From: a virus | IMG/VR virus record: IMGVR_UViG_3300043788_000060 | Span: 1-64,000 of that record | Strand: one strand, 5' to 3' | DNA length: 64,000 nt | In this document: positions 19,870-30,737 of the stretch, one piece after another | How the letters are laid out: each line of letters begins with the position of its first letter | How positions within the stretch are numbered: the first letter of the stretch is position 1 | The notes under the pieces: generated by a model | Database searches by the model: none | What the model was told of the DNA's origin: nothing | The model's input: only the letters and a program-made list of their open reading frames with translations | Program-made: the position numbers and the translations under genes

Positions 19870-21088
19870 AAATCCTCCATTTCCAACCCATTAGCCAGTC
19901 CATTATTCGGACTGTTGCCCGCTCCCTGCCACGTGGAGGCTGGATTATAGGGAGCACCCGCCGAAGCGGGGTTAGCCGTGAAATTGAATTCCAATGGCGC
20001 GGGGTGGCTGTGTTGGCCCGACAGCGATTTTGTGCCCCGGCAATCCGATTGTCAAAAGCAGCATCAGAAATGCGAACATATTCCTCCTATTCTGTCCAGC
20101 TTACGGACCACTCAAACAAGCCTTCTTTCATTATACCACGTTTGTCGTACTCGGCTTCGATAATTTTCGAGTGCAGCCGCGCCGTGCGGTTTTTGCGGGC
20201 AAGCAATCCATCGATAAAATCAAGTGCCGCAGCGCATGAGTCGTCGAATGACTTGGTGCGGGTCATATTTTCCCGCCCGAAGGCCCGTTGGTTCCGGCAA
20301 TGTATCCGAGCCAGCGTTCGCTATTGAATTGCGGATTCGCCTTCGCGCAAACTTGCCGGATCGTCCCCACGTCCTGCGCCCACTGCTTTGTGCGTACAGC
20401 ATCAAACATAGGGCGGGATTCGTTGAGCGCATCGGCCAGCGCGATAAAATCCTTTTTTGACATTGACATCGTTGTGTCTCCGTTCTCCTGAATTTAGGCA
20501 ATCAGTAACCGCTCAACCCCACCGCGTGAAGGTTTGCCTATTGGGGTCAACGGGAAGCCATTACCACTCGGTACCAGAGTAATGAACGTTTTCTGCGAGG
20601 CATACTCGCGCATCCCGCGTCCTTTGGTTCCCCGGAATCCGTCGATTCGGGTACTAATAGCGCCACCACGTAAAGGTGAGGACTCAGCGCCAACCGGATA
20701 ACGCGCCGGTATCGCGGTTTGTCCATTATTCGGACGGATAGATTCGGTTCCCGATGCGCTCGCCCCACATCGGCAGCGTGAAGGCCACGCCGTACTGCCC
20801 GGGCCTGTCCAGATTGTGAGTTGCCCGATAGACTAGCACGGAGCTACGGGTTTGATCGGCTATTTTCCGCGCCTCAGTCTGTGCCTGTCTCAACGTCATC
20901 TTCGGTTTCCTCCTCTTCTGGCTCGGCTTCGTGGCTAAACTGCATTCCGCAATTCCGGCATTGAACGTGAACGCGGTTTCCAAGCTGGCCTAACAGCATC
21001 AGCGGGCCGTCGCACAGATCGCAGGTTTCCATTTCCGCTCCTCTCAATTGTATTAACCCTACACCTGTTTTAAAAGGTTGTCAAGGGG

Positions 21089-21337
21089 CTAAACATAAAT
21101 CGGTTGCGCCGTGAAGTCAAGGATCAACACTGATTCCTGACGGTTCGCGGCTTTGATGTCAGTGGCAATCGAGATAACCGTGGCCTTAGACGTGGCTACT
21201 AGGTCAATCGCCAGACTTGCTTCGCGTGTGCCCTTCCACGATCCGATTATGGGCATCACGCTGTAGCTGTCAACGTGCGCGTCCAAGATGGACAGAATAG
21301 CTTCGCGGTTCTTGTCCTCTGTGAGTATGCGGTACAT
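21089..21337 (-). CDS. Hypothetical phage protein
   Basis: G.WKG..E.S...IK..NRQESVL pattern; RBS GAGG. Confidence 0.65.
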   Translation of the reverse strand: MYRILTEDKNREAILSILDAHVDSYSVMPIIGSWKGTREASLAIDLVATSKATVISIATDIKAANRQESVLILDFTAQPIYV

Positions 21338-22516
21338 GGTTTACCTCAATGCAGGGGTTGTGACCTGCTTCCCGCATTAACCCGGATTGCTCCGGGCCAC
21401 TCTGCGTTACAGGTTGTCGTGGACGTTGCTAATCAGCCTTGCAGCCAACCCCAATGCTTCCTCATTGGACAGAAAGAAAAACACCTTTGCCGCGCCCGGT
21501 GCCTGATCTAAACCGGGAGTAAACAGAATCTTGCCCTCATAGCGGCCTACGGTGCCTAGCGTGTCGATGCTGGCCGTCTGCCGTGTCTCTTCGCCCGTGC
21601 GCCCCACTATCACGATTTTCGCCATAAATCCTCCTAGCCTGTCTCTTCAGTGCCGGTAGGCTAATCCCGGCAGACCGTCCGAAAAATGGACGGTTTCGAC
21701 TTATGCGCTCCTGTGCGGGCGGCGCGAGTAGACGTTGGCGGGCTCCGACTCGGGTTGCAATACCGCTTTCGCTTTTCGGTAGGTAATCACAATATCCGGC
21801 CAATCCCGCGCGGTTTGTAGAACCCCCACAGCCTCGACATCGCTCACAAATTCTCGAAGTACCTCAATCGCGGATTTTTCCATCCTATCCCCCTATCTCT
21901 TGAAGTTGATTGCGGTTAAACCCAATACCAGCACGCCGAATACCGCGAGAATCAGGTACGGGGCAATGGTTGCGATGTGCTGGCCATATGCGCCAATCAT
22001 TTTGACTCCAGAACTTCGAGCAGCAAAACATCGTGCCCGGAGCCTGATGCCTTGTCGTAGAATTCCTGCGCTGATTCGCGGCTGAGAAAACCGTGGACTC
22101 CCGGTTCGTATTCATCATCCACGACCACGACAAACTTTACCTTTGCCTTTTCAACGATCACGTTTCTCCTTTCCGCGCTCTCGCCATCGGATTAAATCCC
22201 GACTGTGCGCCGTTACTGTATGCGGCCTAACGATGGCCGCGCCGTTCGGTCTAGTTCGCTGCCCAATATCCGGCAACCATCCACTCTGCCGCTCTCTCCA
22301 GATACACTTCCCGAATCGGATGGCCCGGATGAAAAGCAGACAACCCGAGATTCTGTGCAACCTGATTCCTAACTGCCTTGCGAGTCATAACCTGCGCCAT
22401 TTCATAGACTGTCATTGATCCCCTTTCCCGATTCTCGCCAGCATGTATCCCATGCCTGAATCGCTTTCCTGTATGCCAGCTAACCGGATGCTGGCCCGGA
22501 TTGTCCGAATAATGGA

Positions 22517-22723
22517 CTAAATCACCGAGGGAAGTAGGTCAAACTCAAACCCATCATCGATAGCAAGCTGAATCGCTGCATCTATCGAATCCGCGTCATC
22601 GTCCCATATCACCTTACCCGTTTTCAAATAGGTGATTACGAAGTGGGTTGGATCGTTCTCCTCTTGGTAAAAGCCAAACTCCGGCTCGACCGTCGAAGCG
22701 TAGACCTTGGCAATCAATTTCAT
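22517..22723 (-). CDS. Hypothetical protein, first gene of the leftward arm
   Basis: RBS AGGAGG. Confidence 0.6.
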   Translation of the reverse strand: MKLIAKVYASTVEPEFGFYQEENDPTHFVITYLKTGKVIWDDDADSIDAAIQLAIDDGFEFDLLPSVI

Positions 22724-23851
22724 TGCGTTTCCTCCTGCAAGCGAGAACGTTGAGCGATCATACTCACTGGCTAATCGTCCACATCCATCACGTCTTAATC
22801 ACCGCACCCGCTTGCTTTGCCTATCGGCTGCTAATTGGATGCTGTAACTGGTTTTCGTCGTGTAAACCGTCCAGCCGTTCCCACTTGCATTCTCACTATC
22901 CCACGGATCGAAAATCCTGTCAAGTGGACCATCGCATCAAACCTGTGCAAATCTCCACTAAGTCGTTTAGATTGCTGTCCATTATTCGGATAAAATAATT
23001 ATTTTCGCCTGCTAACCCCGAATCTGTCCGAAAACCCGTCTATACCTAATAGGGGAGTTATTCCAGTCCACCTATAGGCCCGGTATCGCGCAGCTATCCT
23101 CTAGCTAATCAATGCGGAAACGCGCTCGCACCGTCGTTCAAACGGAAACAAACCGGGCCTAATCTCTTGCTTACCTGATCCTGACCGCGCTATATGGCAG
23201 CAAACATCTACAAAAGACTCGAACGCTACTACATTCGAGTGATCGAAGATGCAGGAGCAACTAAGAAAGAGAAAGCCGATGCAGCCTGCCAACTGTTGCA
23301 ACTAAAACTAGTTAAGACACCACAAACGCCGAGGAAACAAACTGCGGCTAATGTGCTCGGATCGATGCCTGTCCAATGATGGGGTTATATGACAAGTCGG
23401 CTTTACATCAGATTCGATCAGCATTGCGGGCAATCGACCCAATGAATTCAACCAGTTAGCCGCGATCTACAACGATCATTGTCAAATTCCCTTTAGAATC
23501 ATGTACATACAATAGGTCTGTGACGTGAGTGTGACGTAGTGGAGTAGGAAAGACTGGCCGTGGTAGCAGAAGAACTTGTCTGGATGCGGTTTAAGTTGTT
23601 GAGTCCAGTAGACTTAGAGGGGTCCCAGAGAGTATGAGACCCGGCCCCCGGCCTAACCCCCTTGACCACCCTGCGTGGGGGCACCGTGACCTAGTAACCC
23701 CAGTCTCCTTCTTCAAAAGGGGTCCCAAATAGGATTATTGCTAATTAGTAAATAGTTAACTCCTTTGAATTGGTAAAAAGTCTCCCAAAACGCGGCAAAA
23801 TACTTTCTTGAATTTTCATTAGATGTTAATCAAGTAATTACTAGGAGCACC

Positions 23852-24139
23852 ATGAAGACCCTATTCTCCCTCGTGTTGCTCTTGATTCTGACTTCCGGTA
23901 GTTTGGGGTATTTCGAATACCAGCAGCATTTGCAGATAATTGCTCTTCAGACCAAAACGTCGGTCCTAACCTCAGAAGTAAACATCCAAAAGACCGCGCT
24001 AATTTCTCATAAGAAGGCGATTGTCCATATCCAATCTCAGAACCAAGCGGTAGAAAAATTGGTTTTGAAGATCATCGATTTCCTAAACGAGATTGAAGTG
24101 GTACCAGAAACCCATGAGAAACCCGGAGCTAGTTCCTGA
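23852..24139 (+). CDS. Membrane-anchored coiled-coil protein (possible lysis accessory)
   Basis: N-terminal hydrophobic helix; RBS AGGAG; coupled to the lysin. Confidence 0.6.
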   Translation: MKTLFSLVLLLILTSGSLGYFEYQQHLQIIALQTKTSVLTSEVNIQKTALISHKKAIVHIQSQNQAVEKLVLKIIDFLNEIEVVPETHEKPGASS

Positions 24140-24693
24140 TGTTGACGCAAGCTGAAACCACTTTCGCCCAGCAACTCGTGTCGGAATCCAAATCTTCCGG
24201 TCACCCATTCCCCGGGTATGCTGCTGCGGAGGCATTTCTGGAGTCTGCGTCCTATAATTCCCCGGACGGCAAATCAGGATTAGCCGAACACACCAACGAT
24301 GTCTTTGGTTTGAAACAACCTAGTTGGTGGACAGGCCAGATTTACGCCGAGCAAACCCGGGAGATTATCAACGGGGTTTCCGAAATGGTCGCCGCGAACT
24401 GGCCGGTGTTTGAAACTCTGTCCGACGCCTTCAATGCCCGGTTGAAAACTCTTCAGGCGTTGCCTTCGATTTATGGACTAGCTTTACAGGCTACCTCGGG
24501 CCCCGAGTTTGTAAGACTCGTGTCCGCCAGTTGGGTAACATCTGGTACTTATCCAGTTTCGGACGCTCACCCTGTGTTTACATTTCCCTCCGGGGTCTGG
24601 CAGTTCGATCACGGCAGATGGTCAACCGCTCCGAACAGAGCATCGAGTGTGTTGTCAACCTATAACACGCATATTTCCATTTTCGGACAATAG
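24139..24693 (+). CDS. GH73/FlgJ-like glucosaminidase (endolysin)
   Basis: AAAEAFLES...LA...NDVFGLK...TREIING...FETLSDA. Confidence 0.75.
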   Translation: MLTQAETTFAQQLVSESKSSGHPFPGYAAAEAFLESASYNSPDGKSGLAEHTNDVFGLKQPSWWTGQIYAEQTREIINGVSEMVAANWPVFETLSDAFNARLKTLQALPSIYGLALQATSGPEFVRLVSASWVTSGTYPVSDAHPVFTFPSGVWQFDHGRWSTAPNRASSVLSTYNTHISIFGQ

Positions 24694-25163
24694 GAGATTT
24701 ATGAATAGACGAGATTTGGTTGCGGGTGCTGTGGCTTTAGCGGCGGCAGCGGTTCAACCGGCGATATCGGAGACAGGCGAGAAATACTATACGGGGTACG
24801 ACCGAAGGAAACCGGAATTTCCTGCACATAACAGCGGAGCGACAAAAACATACTACGAGATTGCTCCTTTGCGAGATGATTTCCCGGTCCATTCTGTTCG
24901 GGTAACTGTGACACTGAAAGATGACGCCCCCGATGGTTTTTGGCACCCAGTTGATTTTGTGAATGCGGCTCGTTGGTTTGCGGCTCAGGCGCAGAAGGGG
25001 TATGAAGTATCCCCGGATTCTTTTGGACCACATGACGAATCCAAATTTAAGTTCTAATTTCTGCCCCAACTGCTCCCATCGCTTGCTCGAATTTCGCTGC
25101 AAACTGGTCTGCCCGGGTTGCGGGTACTACATGAGTTGTTCCGATTTTGTTTAGGAGTCCGGA

Positions 25164-25481
25164 TTGAGCGCAGTCTCCATGCCGAAAACTGTGAAGGTCG
25201 GAACGCATGTCTACACGGTCCTCCGCAAACCTAAATCGCAGATGCCGGACGGGGAGATCGGTGGATGCGATTTTGATTCGTTACAAATCGTAGTGCAAAA
25301 AGGACTTAGACGATCCAAGGCAAAAGAAATATTGGTTCACGAAACTTTGCATACCTGCACCTACCCTTTGCTTAAAGACGAAAAGAAACGGACGGACGAG
25401 CAGTTCATTACGGGCGTTGCCCCGGTCCTCCTACAAGTTCTTCAAGACAACCCAGAACTGGTTGCGTACCTTACCCAATGA
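25164..25481 (+). CDS. HExxH metallopeptidase-like phage protein
   Basis: EILVHETLH motif. Confidence 0.6.
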   Translation: MSAVSMPKTVKVGTHVYTVLRKPKSQMPDGEIGGCDFDSLQIVVQKGLRRSKAKEILVHETLHTCTYPLLKDEKKRTDEQFITGVAPVLLQVLQDNPELVAYLTQ

Positions 25482-26794
25482 GTAGAAAGATCATCCAACG
25501 GGTAGACGACGTTCCGTGGGAAGCAAGAACAGGAGCGGCCCATATTTCTCGTTGGTTCTGTTGCGATTGTGGTCTTGCACACGACATAAAATTTTCGGTT
25601 AAATCCAAGAAACTAATAAAGATAACTGCAAAAAGAAATAACAGAGCCACCGCAACCCGTCGTCGCTACGTTGAGTACGAATGCAAACCAGAGAAGCGAG
25701 CAACAGATGAGATTTAGCAAAAAACTGTTTGTGAAGGGCGAAAAGAAAGTTATCCGGAAAACGGACGAAGTTTCTGCCGCTCTCAAATGTAAACAACCCT
25801 CAGATAAAGTTTTGATTAAACTGCTGGTTAGCAATGATTCGGGTGATGTCACTTCAGCAGACACAGCGATCCGGCAACTGGCTTATGGGGAGTTGTTGAG
25901 ACGCGGATATTTTGTGGAGGCGGCTCAATGAAGCGCATCAGCATGAGTGACCGACGCGGAGAGATTCCGCGCATGATAGAAATCTTAGACAAACATAAAG
26001 ATTGGAAAAGCCTGACCTTCTTTCAGTATAAGGGAGGCAATGCCGATCTGATTAAACCGCTTACGAAGATTAGAGTGTCCCGGAGACCGGCGTACAAGCG
26101 AGTAGAATATCTCGTAATTGTCGGTATCCCAAACTACGCCGAACGCGAGTATGTAAAGAAGTTCAAAAAAGAACAAGCAGAAAACGGCGGGGATAAAGGA
26201 TGCTGGCCCGACGATTTCTACGAGACCTACCCCAAGAAAAATAAGTAGTCCGAATAACGGACAAAAATAAAATGCTACGAATCGGACAGAAAGTCGCTTC
26301 GGTAAAGAACGCTGCCAAGGTTGGTGTGATCCTCGATGTAGGAGGCGACAACCCCAAAGGCATCCAATGGGTTAAGGTCCGATTCAAAGGCGGCAAAGGC
26401 CACTGGACTCTGTCCGACGGCTTGCGAGAATACCAAGCCTCGAAATCCATACCGGTTCCCGACGGGGTAGTTGTGCTGGTCTGGCCCGGACATCCCCCTG
26501 AGCTATTCCAGCAGACGGGCTCTAAGGCGACACAGCCTGAATGTGAGGCTTTCTTTTCCGCGATTCAGGAAATGTTTTTGTTGCACGGCGCGAAATCTGT
26601 GGTATAATTAGGTATGTTCGACGAATTGTATCAGATCGATATTGGTCATGCCGTTGCAGGGATTGTAGTTAGTTGTGGAGTTGTTACGGAATCTGCCCCG
26701 ATCTTTTCTTGGATGAAAAATAAAACTTTGGATTCCATAAAAATTTGGGTGCAAAAGAAACACGGAACGATTGTACCTGTGGTATAATGCCAGC

Positions 26795-27337
26795 ATGAGT
26801 TTGATCAACAAAGCCGTGCTGGTCCTCAACGCAAGTTTTGAGGCCGTCTCAATAACCCGGGCCAAAAACGCCATCAAATTATTGGTCAAAGGCGCGGCGG
26901 TTACTGAAGAGGATTACGGGATTGACGTATACCCGGGTCTCCCCCTTCCCTCGGTTATCCGGCTACGGAACTACAAAAAGATTCCGATTCGGATTTCGTT
27001 GCTGACCAGACCGAATATTTATGCGCGAGACCACTATTTGTGCTTGTACTGCGGAGCCAAAGAAGGTTCCTCGAAGATCATAAACGGGAAACCGGTACGG
27101 ACGATTCTTACTCTGGATCACATCCTGCCTGAATCTCGTGGGGGGCCGTTTTCTTGGGAGAACCTCGCCAGTTGCTGCAAAACGTGCAACTTACGGAAAG
27201 GCGACCGCACTCCAGAAGAAGCTGGAATGCCGTTGCTTCATTCTCCGGGCAGACTGACCATTCACACATCTCGGGCATTGCTCAGGCTTGTGGGACTTGA
27301 AGAAGACACGCGCTGGCACAAGTATTTGTTCTGTTAG
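26795..27337 (+). CDS. HNH endonuclease (McrA-like)
   Basis: VLVLNASFE, RDHYLCLYCG, TLDHILPESRGG..SWENLASCCKTCNLRKGDRTP; promoter at 26778-26788. Confidence 0.9.
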   Translation: MSLINKAVLVLNASFEAVSITRAKNAIKLLVKGAAVTEEDYGIDVYPGLPLPSVIRLRNYKKIPIRISLLTRPNIYARDHYLCLYCGAKEGSSKIINGKPVRTILTLDHILPESRGGPFSWENLASCCKTCNLRKGDRTPEEAGMPLLHSPGRLTIHTSRALLRLVGLEEDTRWHKYLFC

Positions 27338-27399
27338 CGCACAAAACAAAAATCTGTGGTATAATGTAATTGTCTGCTGAAAAGAGACAAGGAGAAGTG

Positions 27400-28752
27400 A
27401 TGAGAACCAACACAAAGGCAACGGTGGTTTTGCCCCGTACCCACGAGGGGGCGGTTGCGGCAAGACTTAACAATTCGCAGAAGCTCCGTCGTCTGGTCAT
27501 GGCCTCGATGTTGTGGGAAGATCAGTTCTATATCGACGGGGTCTCGCACGCAGAGTATGTAAAGCAGGCTTTACTCGAAGCGTCTCCGGAAGAGGTTGCA
27601 CAAATTGCAATCGAAGCCAGAGAACAGATGAAGCTGCGACACATCCCCTTGTTCTTGGTTCGGGAACTGGCCCGCCACCCCGACAAGAAAGCACGGACTT
27701 TGGTTTCGGATACTCTTACCAGAGTGATCCAGAGACCGGATGAACTCACTGAGTTCCTAAGCATTTATTGGCTCGACGGGAAGCAACCACTTTCAGCGCA
27801 AGTCAAGAAGGGCTTGGCTGGAGCTTTCTCAAAGTTCAACGAGTACGAACTGGCAAAATGGCAGAAGGCGGACGCCGCAGTGAAGCTGCGCGACGTTCTG
27901 TTCCTGACCCACGCCCGTCCGGAAAATGGACAGGAAGAACTGTTCAAGAAGATCGTCGATCAGACTTTGGTAACTCCGGATACGTGGGAAGTCGCTCTGT
28001 CTGCCGGATCGGACAAAAAGGAAACTTGGGTCCGTTTGCTTTCAGAGAACAAGCTGGGGGCGCTCGCCCTCCTCCGTAACTTGCGGAACATGCAGCAGGT
28101 TGGGGTTTCTGATGACCTGATCCGTGATGGCCTCAAGAAAATGAAGGTCGAACGGGTACTTCCGTTCCGGTTCATTTCGGCAGCTAAGTATGCTCCTTCC
28201 CTCGAACCTCAGTTGGAAGAGGCGATGTTCAAGTGTCTGGCTGACGCACCAAAGCTAACCGGCAAAACTGTTCTGTGTGTGGATACCTCTGGTTCCATGC
28301 AGAGCACAGTATCCGGAAAGTCTGAAATCAGCAGACAGGAAGCGGCGACCGCTTTGGCGATCCTGCTTCGTGAAATCTGCGAAGATGTTCAGATCATAGC
28401 TTTTGGATCGACCGCCGGTTTCGTTCGTCCTCGCAGAGGATTTGCGCTGAAGGATGAGATCGGAAACGGACGGTTCGGCCACGGAACCGACACGCAGGCA
28501 GCAATCTTGCTTGCGGCAAGCAAGGGATATGACCGAATCATTGTGTTGACCGACGAACAATCAGCAACCAATGTCGGCAATCCTTTAGTTGGAACCAAAG
28601 GCTACATGCTCAACGTTGCTGCTTACCAAAACGGCGTAGGCGGAACCGGCTGGACAAGAGTTGACGGATGGTCAGAAGCTGTGGTAGACTACATCCGTGA
28701 AGTTGAAAGACAGGCGGGGGTAGAAGCTCCCGCAGAACTTGAATATGCTTGA
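27400..28752 (+). CDS. Ro60/TROVE-domain RNA-binding protein (Rsr-like) with a VWA domain
   Basis: THEGA, WEDQFY, QRPDELTEFL, KLRDVLFLTH, TWEVALS, ALLRNLRNM, VLPFRF, MIDAS DTSGSM, VLTDEQ; promoter at 27355-27365. Confidence 0.93.
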   Translation: MRTNTKATVVLPRTHEGAVAARLNNSQKLRRLVMASMLWEDQFYIDGVSHAEYVKQALLEASPEEVAQIAIEAREQMKLRHIPLFLVRELARHPDKKARTLVSDTLTRVIQRPDELTEFLSIYWLDGKQPLSAQVKKGLAGAFSKFNEYELAKWQKADAAVKLRDVLFLTHARPENGQEELFKKIVDQTLVTPDTWEVALSAGSDKKETWVRLLSENKLGALALLRNLRNMQQVGVSDDLIRDGLKKMKVERVLPFRFISAAKYAPSLEPQLEEAMFKCLADAPKLTGKTVLCVDTSGSMQSTVSGKSEISRQEAATALAILLREICEDVQIIAFGSTAGFVRPRRGFALKDEIGNGRFGHGTDTQAAILLAASKGYDRIIVLTDEQSATNVGNPLVGTKGYMLNVAAYQNGVGGTGWTRVDGWSEAVVDYIREVERQAGVEAPAELEYA

Positions 28753-28754
28753 GT

Positions 28755-28892
28755 TTGCTGGAATGGCGTAGAGTTCGGTTACTTTACTGCTAATGAAGAG
28801 ACCCGGGTTCGAATCCCGGCAGGTTCCTTCGGGAATTTGTAGTTCAGTGGTAGAACGCTAAAATCTCCGAGTTCGCTTGTTCCTTCCGGCAA
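28755..28892 (+). ncRNA. Y RNA, YrlA-like (Ro-binding stem plus permuted tRNA-like domain)
   Basis: End pairing GCTGGAA/TTCCGGC; T-arm CCGGG-TTCGAAT-CCCGG, capped acceptor stem CAGGTTCC-TTCG-GGAATTTG, then D-arm GTTC-AGTGGTA-GAAC. Directly follows the Ro60 stop. Confidence 0.85.
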
Positions 28893-28900
28893 TAAATTTT

Positions 28901-29003
28901 TCTCAGAGTGGCGTAGACGACGGTTACTTCTACTCAAAAATTCCCTAATAAGGAATTAGATCGCCTTAAATGGCATATCCGTAGTCGCTTGTTCCCTCTG
29001 GGG
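28901..29003 (+). ncRNA. Second Y RNA-like gene
   Basis: Shares TGGCGTAGA...GGTTACTT and TCGCTTGTTC with Y1; end pairing CTCAGAG/CTCTGGG. Confidence 0.75.
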
Positions 29004-29004
29004 A

Positions 29005-29078
29005 TTTTGGGGTAGTGAAGATCACAGTTACTTCTCCTTAACAGAAAACACAACTGTGCTCGCTTGTTCTCCCCAAAG
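29005..29078 (+). ncRNA. Third, minimal Y RNA-like gene
   Basis: TAGTGAAGA...GTTACTT and TCGCTTGTTC; end pairing TTTGGGG/CCCCAAA. Confidence 0.7.
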
Positions 29079-29084
29079 AGATTT

Positions 29085-29169
29085 GCGGTCTTGGTGGAAT
29101 AGCCAGACACGAACGGCTTAAACCCGTTTGGAGAAATCCGTACCGGTTGAAGTCCGGTAGACCGCACCA
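29085..29169 (+). tRNA. tRNA-Leu(TAA)
   Basis: Cloverleaf; AACGG-CTTAAAC-CCGTT; CCA end. Confidence 0.85.
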
Positions 29170-29170
29170 A

Positions 29171-29247
29171 GGTCCGATACCCAAGTGCTCTAAGGGAGAG
29201 GTCTGCAAAACCTTTATGCGTGGGTTGGAATCCCACTCGGACCTCCA
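29171..29247 (+). tRNA. tRNA-Cys(GCA)
   Basis: Loop CTGCAAA; CCA end. Confidence 0.85.
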
Positions 29248-29251
29248 TTTA

Positions 29252-29333
29252 GCCCGGATGTTGAAATGGCAGACAAGCAACGTTGAGAACGTTGTGCGAA
29301 AGCATGAGGGTTCGAGTCCCTCTTCGGGCACCA
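29252..29333 (+). tRNA. tRNA-Leu(GAG)
   Basis: CAACG-TTGAGAA-CGTTG; CCA end. Confidence 0.85.
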
Positions 29334-29334
29334 C

Positions 29335-29419
29335 GCGGATGTGGTGGAACAGCTATACACGCCAGTCTTAGAAACTGGTGCCTTCGGGCATGAGAGTTGA
29401 AGTCTCTCCATCCGCACCA
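29335..29419 (+). tRNA. tRNA-Leu(TAG)
   Basis: CCAGT-CTTAGAA-ACTGG; CCA end. Confidence 0.85.
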
Positions 29420-29517
29420 AGTTTAGCCGGAATTAGAAGGAATGCCGTTCCCCAACTCGCGCCTTCTTTGAGAGACTGCTAATCATGGGGTAAAAAGCAG
29501 ACCGGCTAATTAGTTTT

Positions 29518-29602
29518 GCTCCTATGGTGGAATGTAATACACGGCAGTCTCAAAAACTGTTGCCTTTGCGGCGTATCGGTTAGAGTCCGATTAGGAGCAC
29601 CA
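29518..29602 (+). tRNA. tRNA-Leu(CAA)
   Basis: GCAGT-CTCAAAA-ACTGT; CCA end. Confidence 0.85.
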
Positions 29603-29615
29603 AGTTTGGAGAACA

Positions 29616-29792
29616 ATGGCTGACAAAATTTATTGCCGAGAACTGGAAGACAAGAGCGGTTTTGTAGTTTGCTTCGGGGGTTTTCTCCCCGCGTATCCGG
29701 CTCCTGTTTGGGGCAGAAGTCGTTGGGAGGAAGTCTTGGGAGTCGGCGATACAAGAAAAGAGGCTTGGCAAGATTATAGAAGCCGAAAATAA
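29616..29792 (+). CDS. 58-aa hypothetical protein within the tRNA array
   Basis: GGAG RBS; MADKIYCRE...; fills the gap between two tRNAs. Confidence 0.5.
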   Translation: MADKIYCRELEDKSGFVVCFGGFLPAYPAPVWGRSRWEEVLGVGDTRKEAWQDYRSRK

Positions 29793-29797
29793 GTTTT

Positions 29798-29884
29798 GGA
29801 AGAGTGGCTCAATGGTACAGCACGGCTCTGCTAAGGCCGCAAGACCGAAAGGTTGTAGGAGTTCAAGTCTCCTCTCTTCCGCCA
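29798..29884 (+). tRNA. tRNA-Ser(GCT)
   Basis: Loop CTGCTAA; long variable arm; GCCA end. Confidence 0.85.
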
Positions 29885-29891
29885 TATTCAA

Positions 29892-29979
29892 GGAAGGGTG
29901 AGCGGAACGGTATCGCTCCTGCTTGGAAAGCAGGCTCATGTGAAAGCATGTGCAGGTTCGAGTCCTGTCCCTTCCGCCA
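29892..29979 (+). tRNA. tRNA-Ser(GGA)
   Basis: CCTGC-TTGGAAA-GCAGG; GCCA end. Confidence 0.85.
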
Positions 29980-29983
29980 TTTT

Positions 29984-30067
29984 GGATCGTACTGCTGACG
30001 TTCAGCGACTCGTCTCGAAAACGAGGGCTCCTTCGGGATGATGGTTAAACTCCATTGCGGTCCGCCA
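29984..30067 (+). tRNA. tRNA-Ser(CGA), atypical D/T loops
   Basis: CTCGT-CTCGAAA-ACGAG; GCCA end. Confidence 0.75.
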
Positions 30068-30071
30068 TTTT

Positions 30072-30155
30072 GGAAGTTGCCGCTGTCGTACAGCAAACCG
30101 GTTTGAACCCGGTGGTTCCGCAAGGATAGGGGTTAAACTCCTCCAACTTCCGCCA
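30072..30155 (+). tRNA. tRNA-Ser(TGA), atypical D/T loops
   Basis: ACCGG-TTTGAAC-CCGGT; GCCA end. Confidence 0.75.
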
Positions 30156-30156
30156 T

Positions 30157-30243
30157 GCAAGCGACGTGCTAAGGTAGCCGGGCTCTCTGTAAAAGAGCCG
30201 CCCCTTGTGGGCAGAGCAGTTTCGATTACTGCCGCTTGCACCA
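30157..30243 (+). tRNA. tRNA-Tyr(GTA)
   Basis: GCTCT-CTGTAAA-AGAGC; long variable arm; ACCA end. Confidence 0.8.
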
Positions 30244-30264
30244 GTTTTGTGGTATAATGTCTTA

Positions 30265-30343
30265 TGCGAGCGAGTGGAACGGATCACCATTCAACCCTCA
30301 TAAGGTTGAGATACTTCGGTTCGACTCCGAAGGCACGCACCCA
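30265..30343 (+). tRNA. tRNA-CAT (Met type)
   Basis: CAACC-CTCATAA-GGTTG; one acceptor-stem mismatch; promoter at 30248-30258. Confidence 0.75.
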
Positions 30344-30526
30344 AATTGATGTTAATTCGCGGGTTGGCTACGATCCGGTGGTACCGCCGGGGAGCTTGAA
30401 TACGAATCTCGGTCCTCTATTACCCGTAAAGGATTGATCCGAAGTCGTCGGACACATTTGGTTAAACTCTAACACGACCAACAACGACTTACGAGTGGCA
30501 TCCGGGAGAGACCGGAAAAATTTTAC

Positions 30527-30602
30527 GCGGCTGTAGCTTAATTGACAAAGTCCTTCCTTGTCACGGAAGAGGATACGAGTTTGACTCTCGCCGGTCGCGC
30601 CA
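30527..30602 (+). tRNA. tRNA-Asp(GTC)
   Basis: CTTCC-TTGTCAC-GGAAG; GCCA end. Confidence 0.85.
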
Positions 30603-30609
30603 TTTTCAT

Positions 30610-30688
30610 GGGGTAGTTGGCAAGTTGGTTTAAGCCACCACTTTCTCACAGTGGTTATGCGTGAGTTCGAACCTCACCTACCCTGCCA
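30610..30688 (+). tRNA. tRNA-Glu(CTC)
   Basis: CCACT-TTCTCAC-AGTGG; CCA end. Confidence 0.8.
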
Positions 30689-30737
30689 TACCCGCCGGGA
30701 AATCATAGGTCAGCGTCTAGACGCTGCGGCGGAAAAC

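Noticed and set aside
17361-20545. Shared CCGCGTGAAGG 11-mer at about 17375 and 20522
   Set aside because: Only two short copies; possibly regulatory but not distinguishable from chance.
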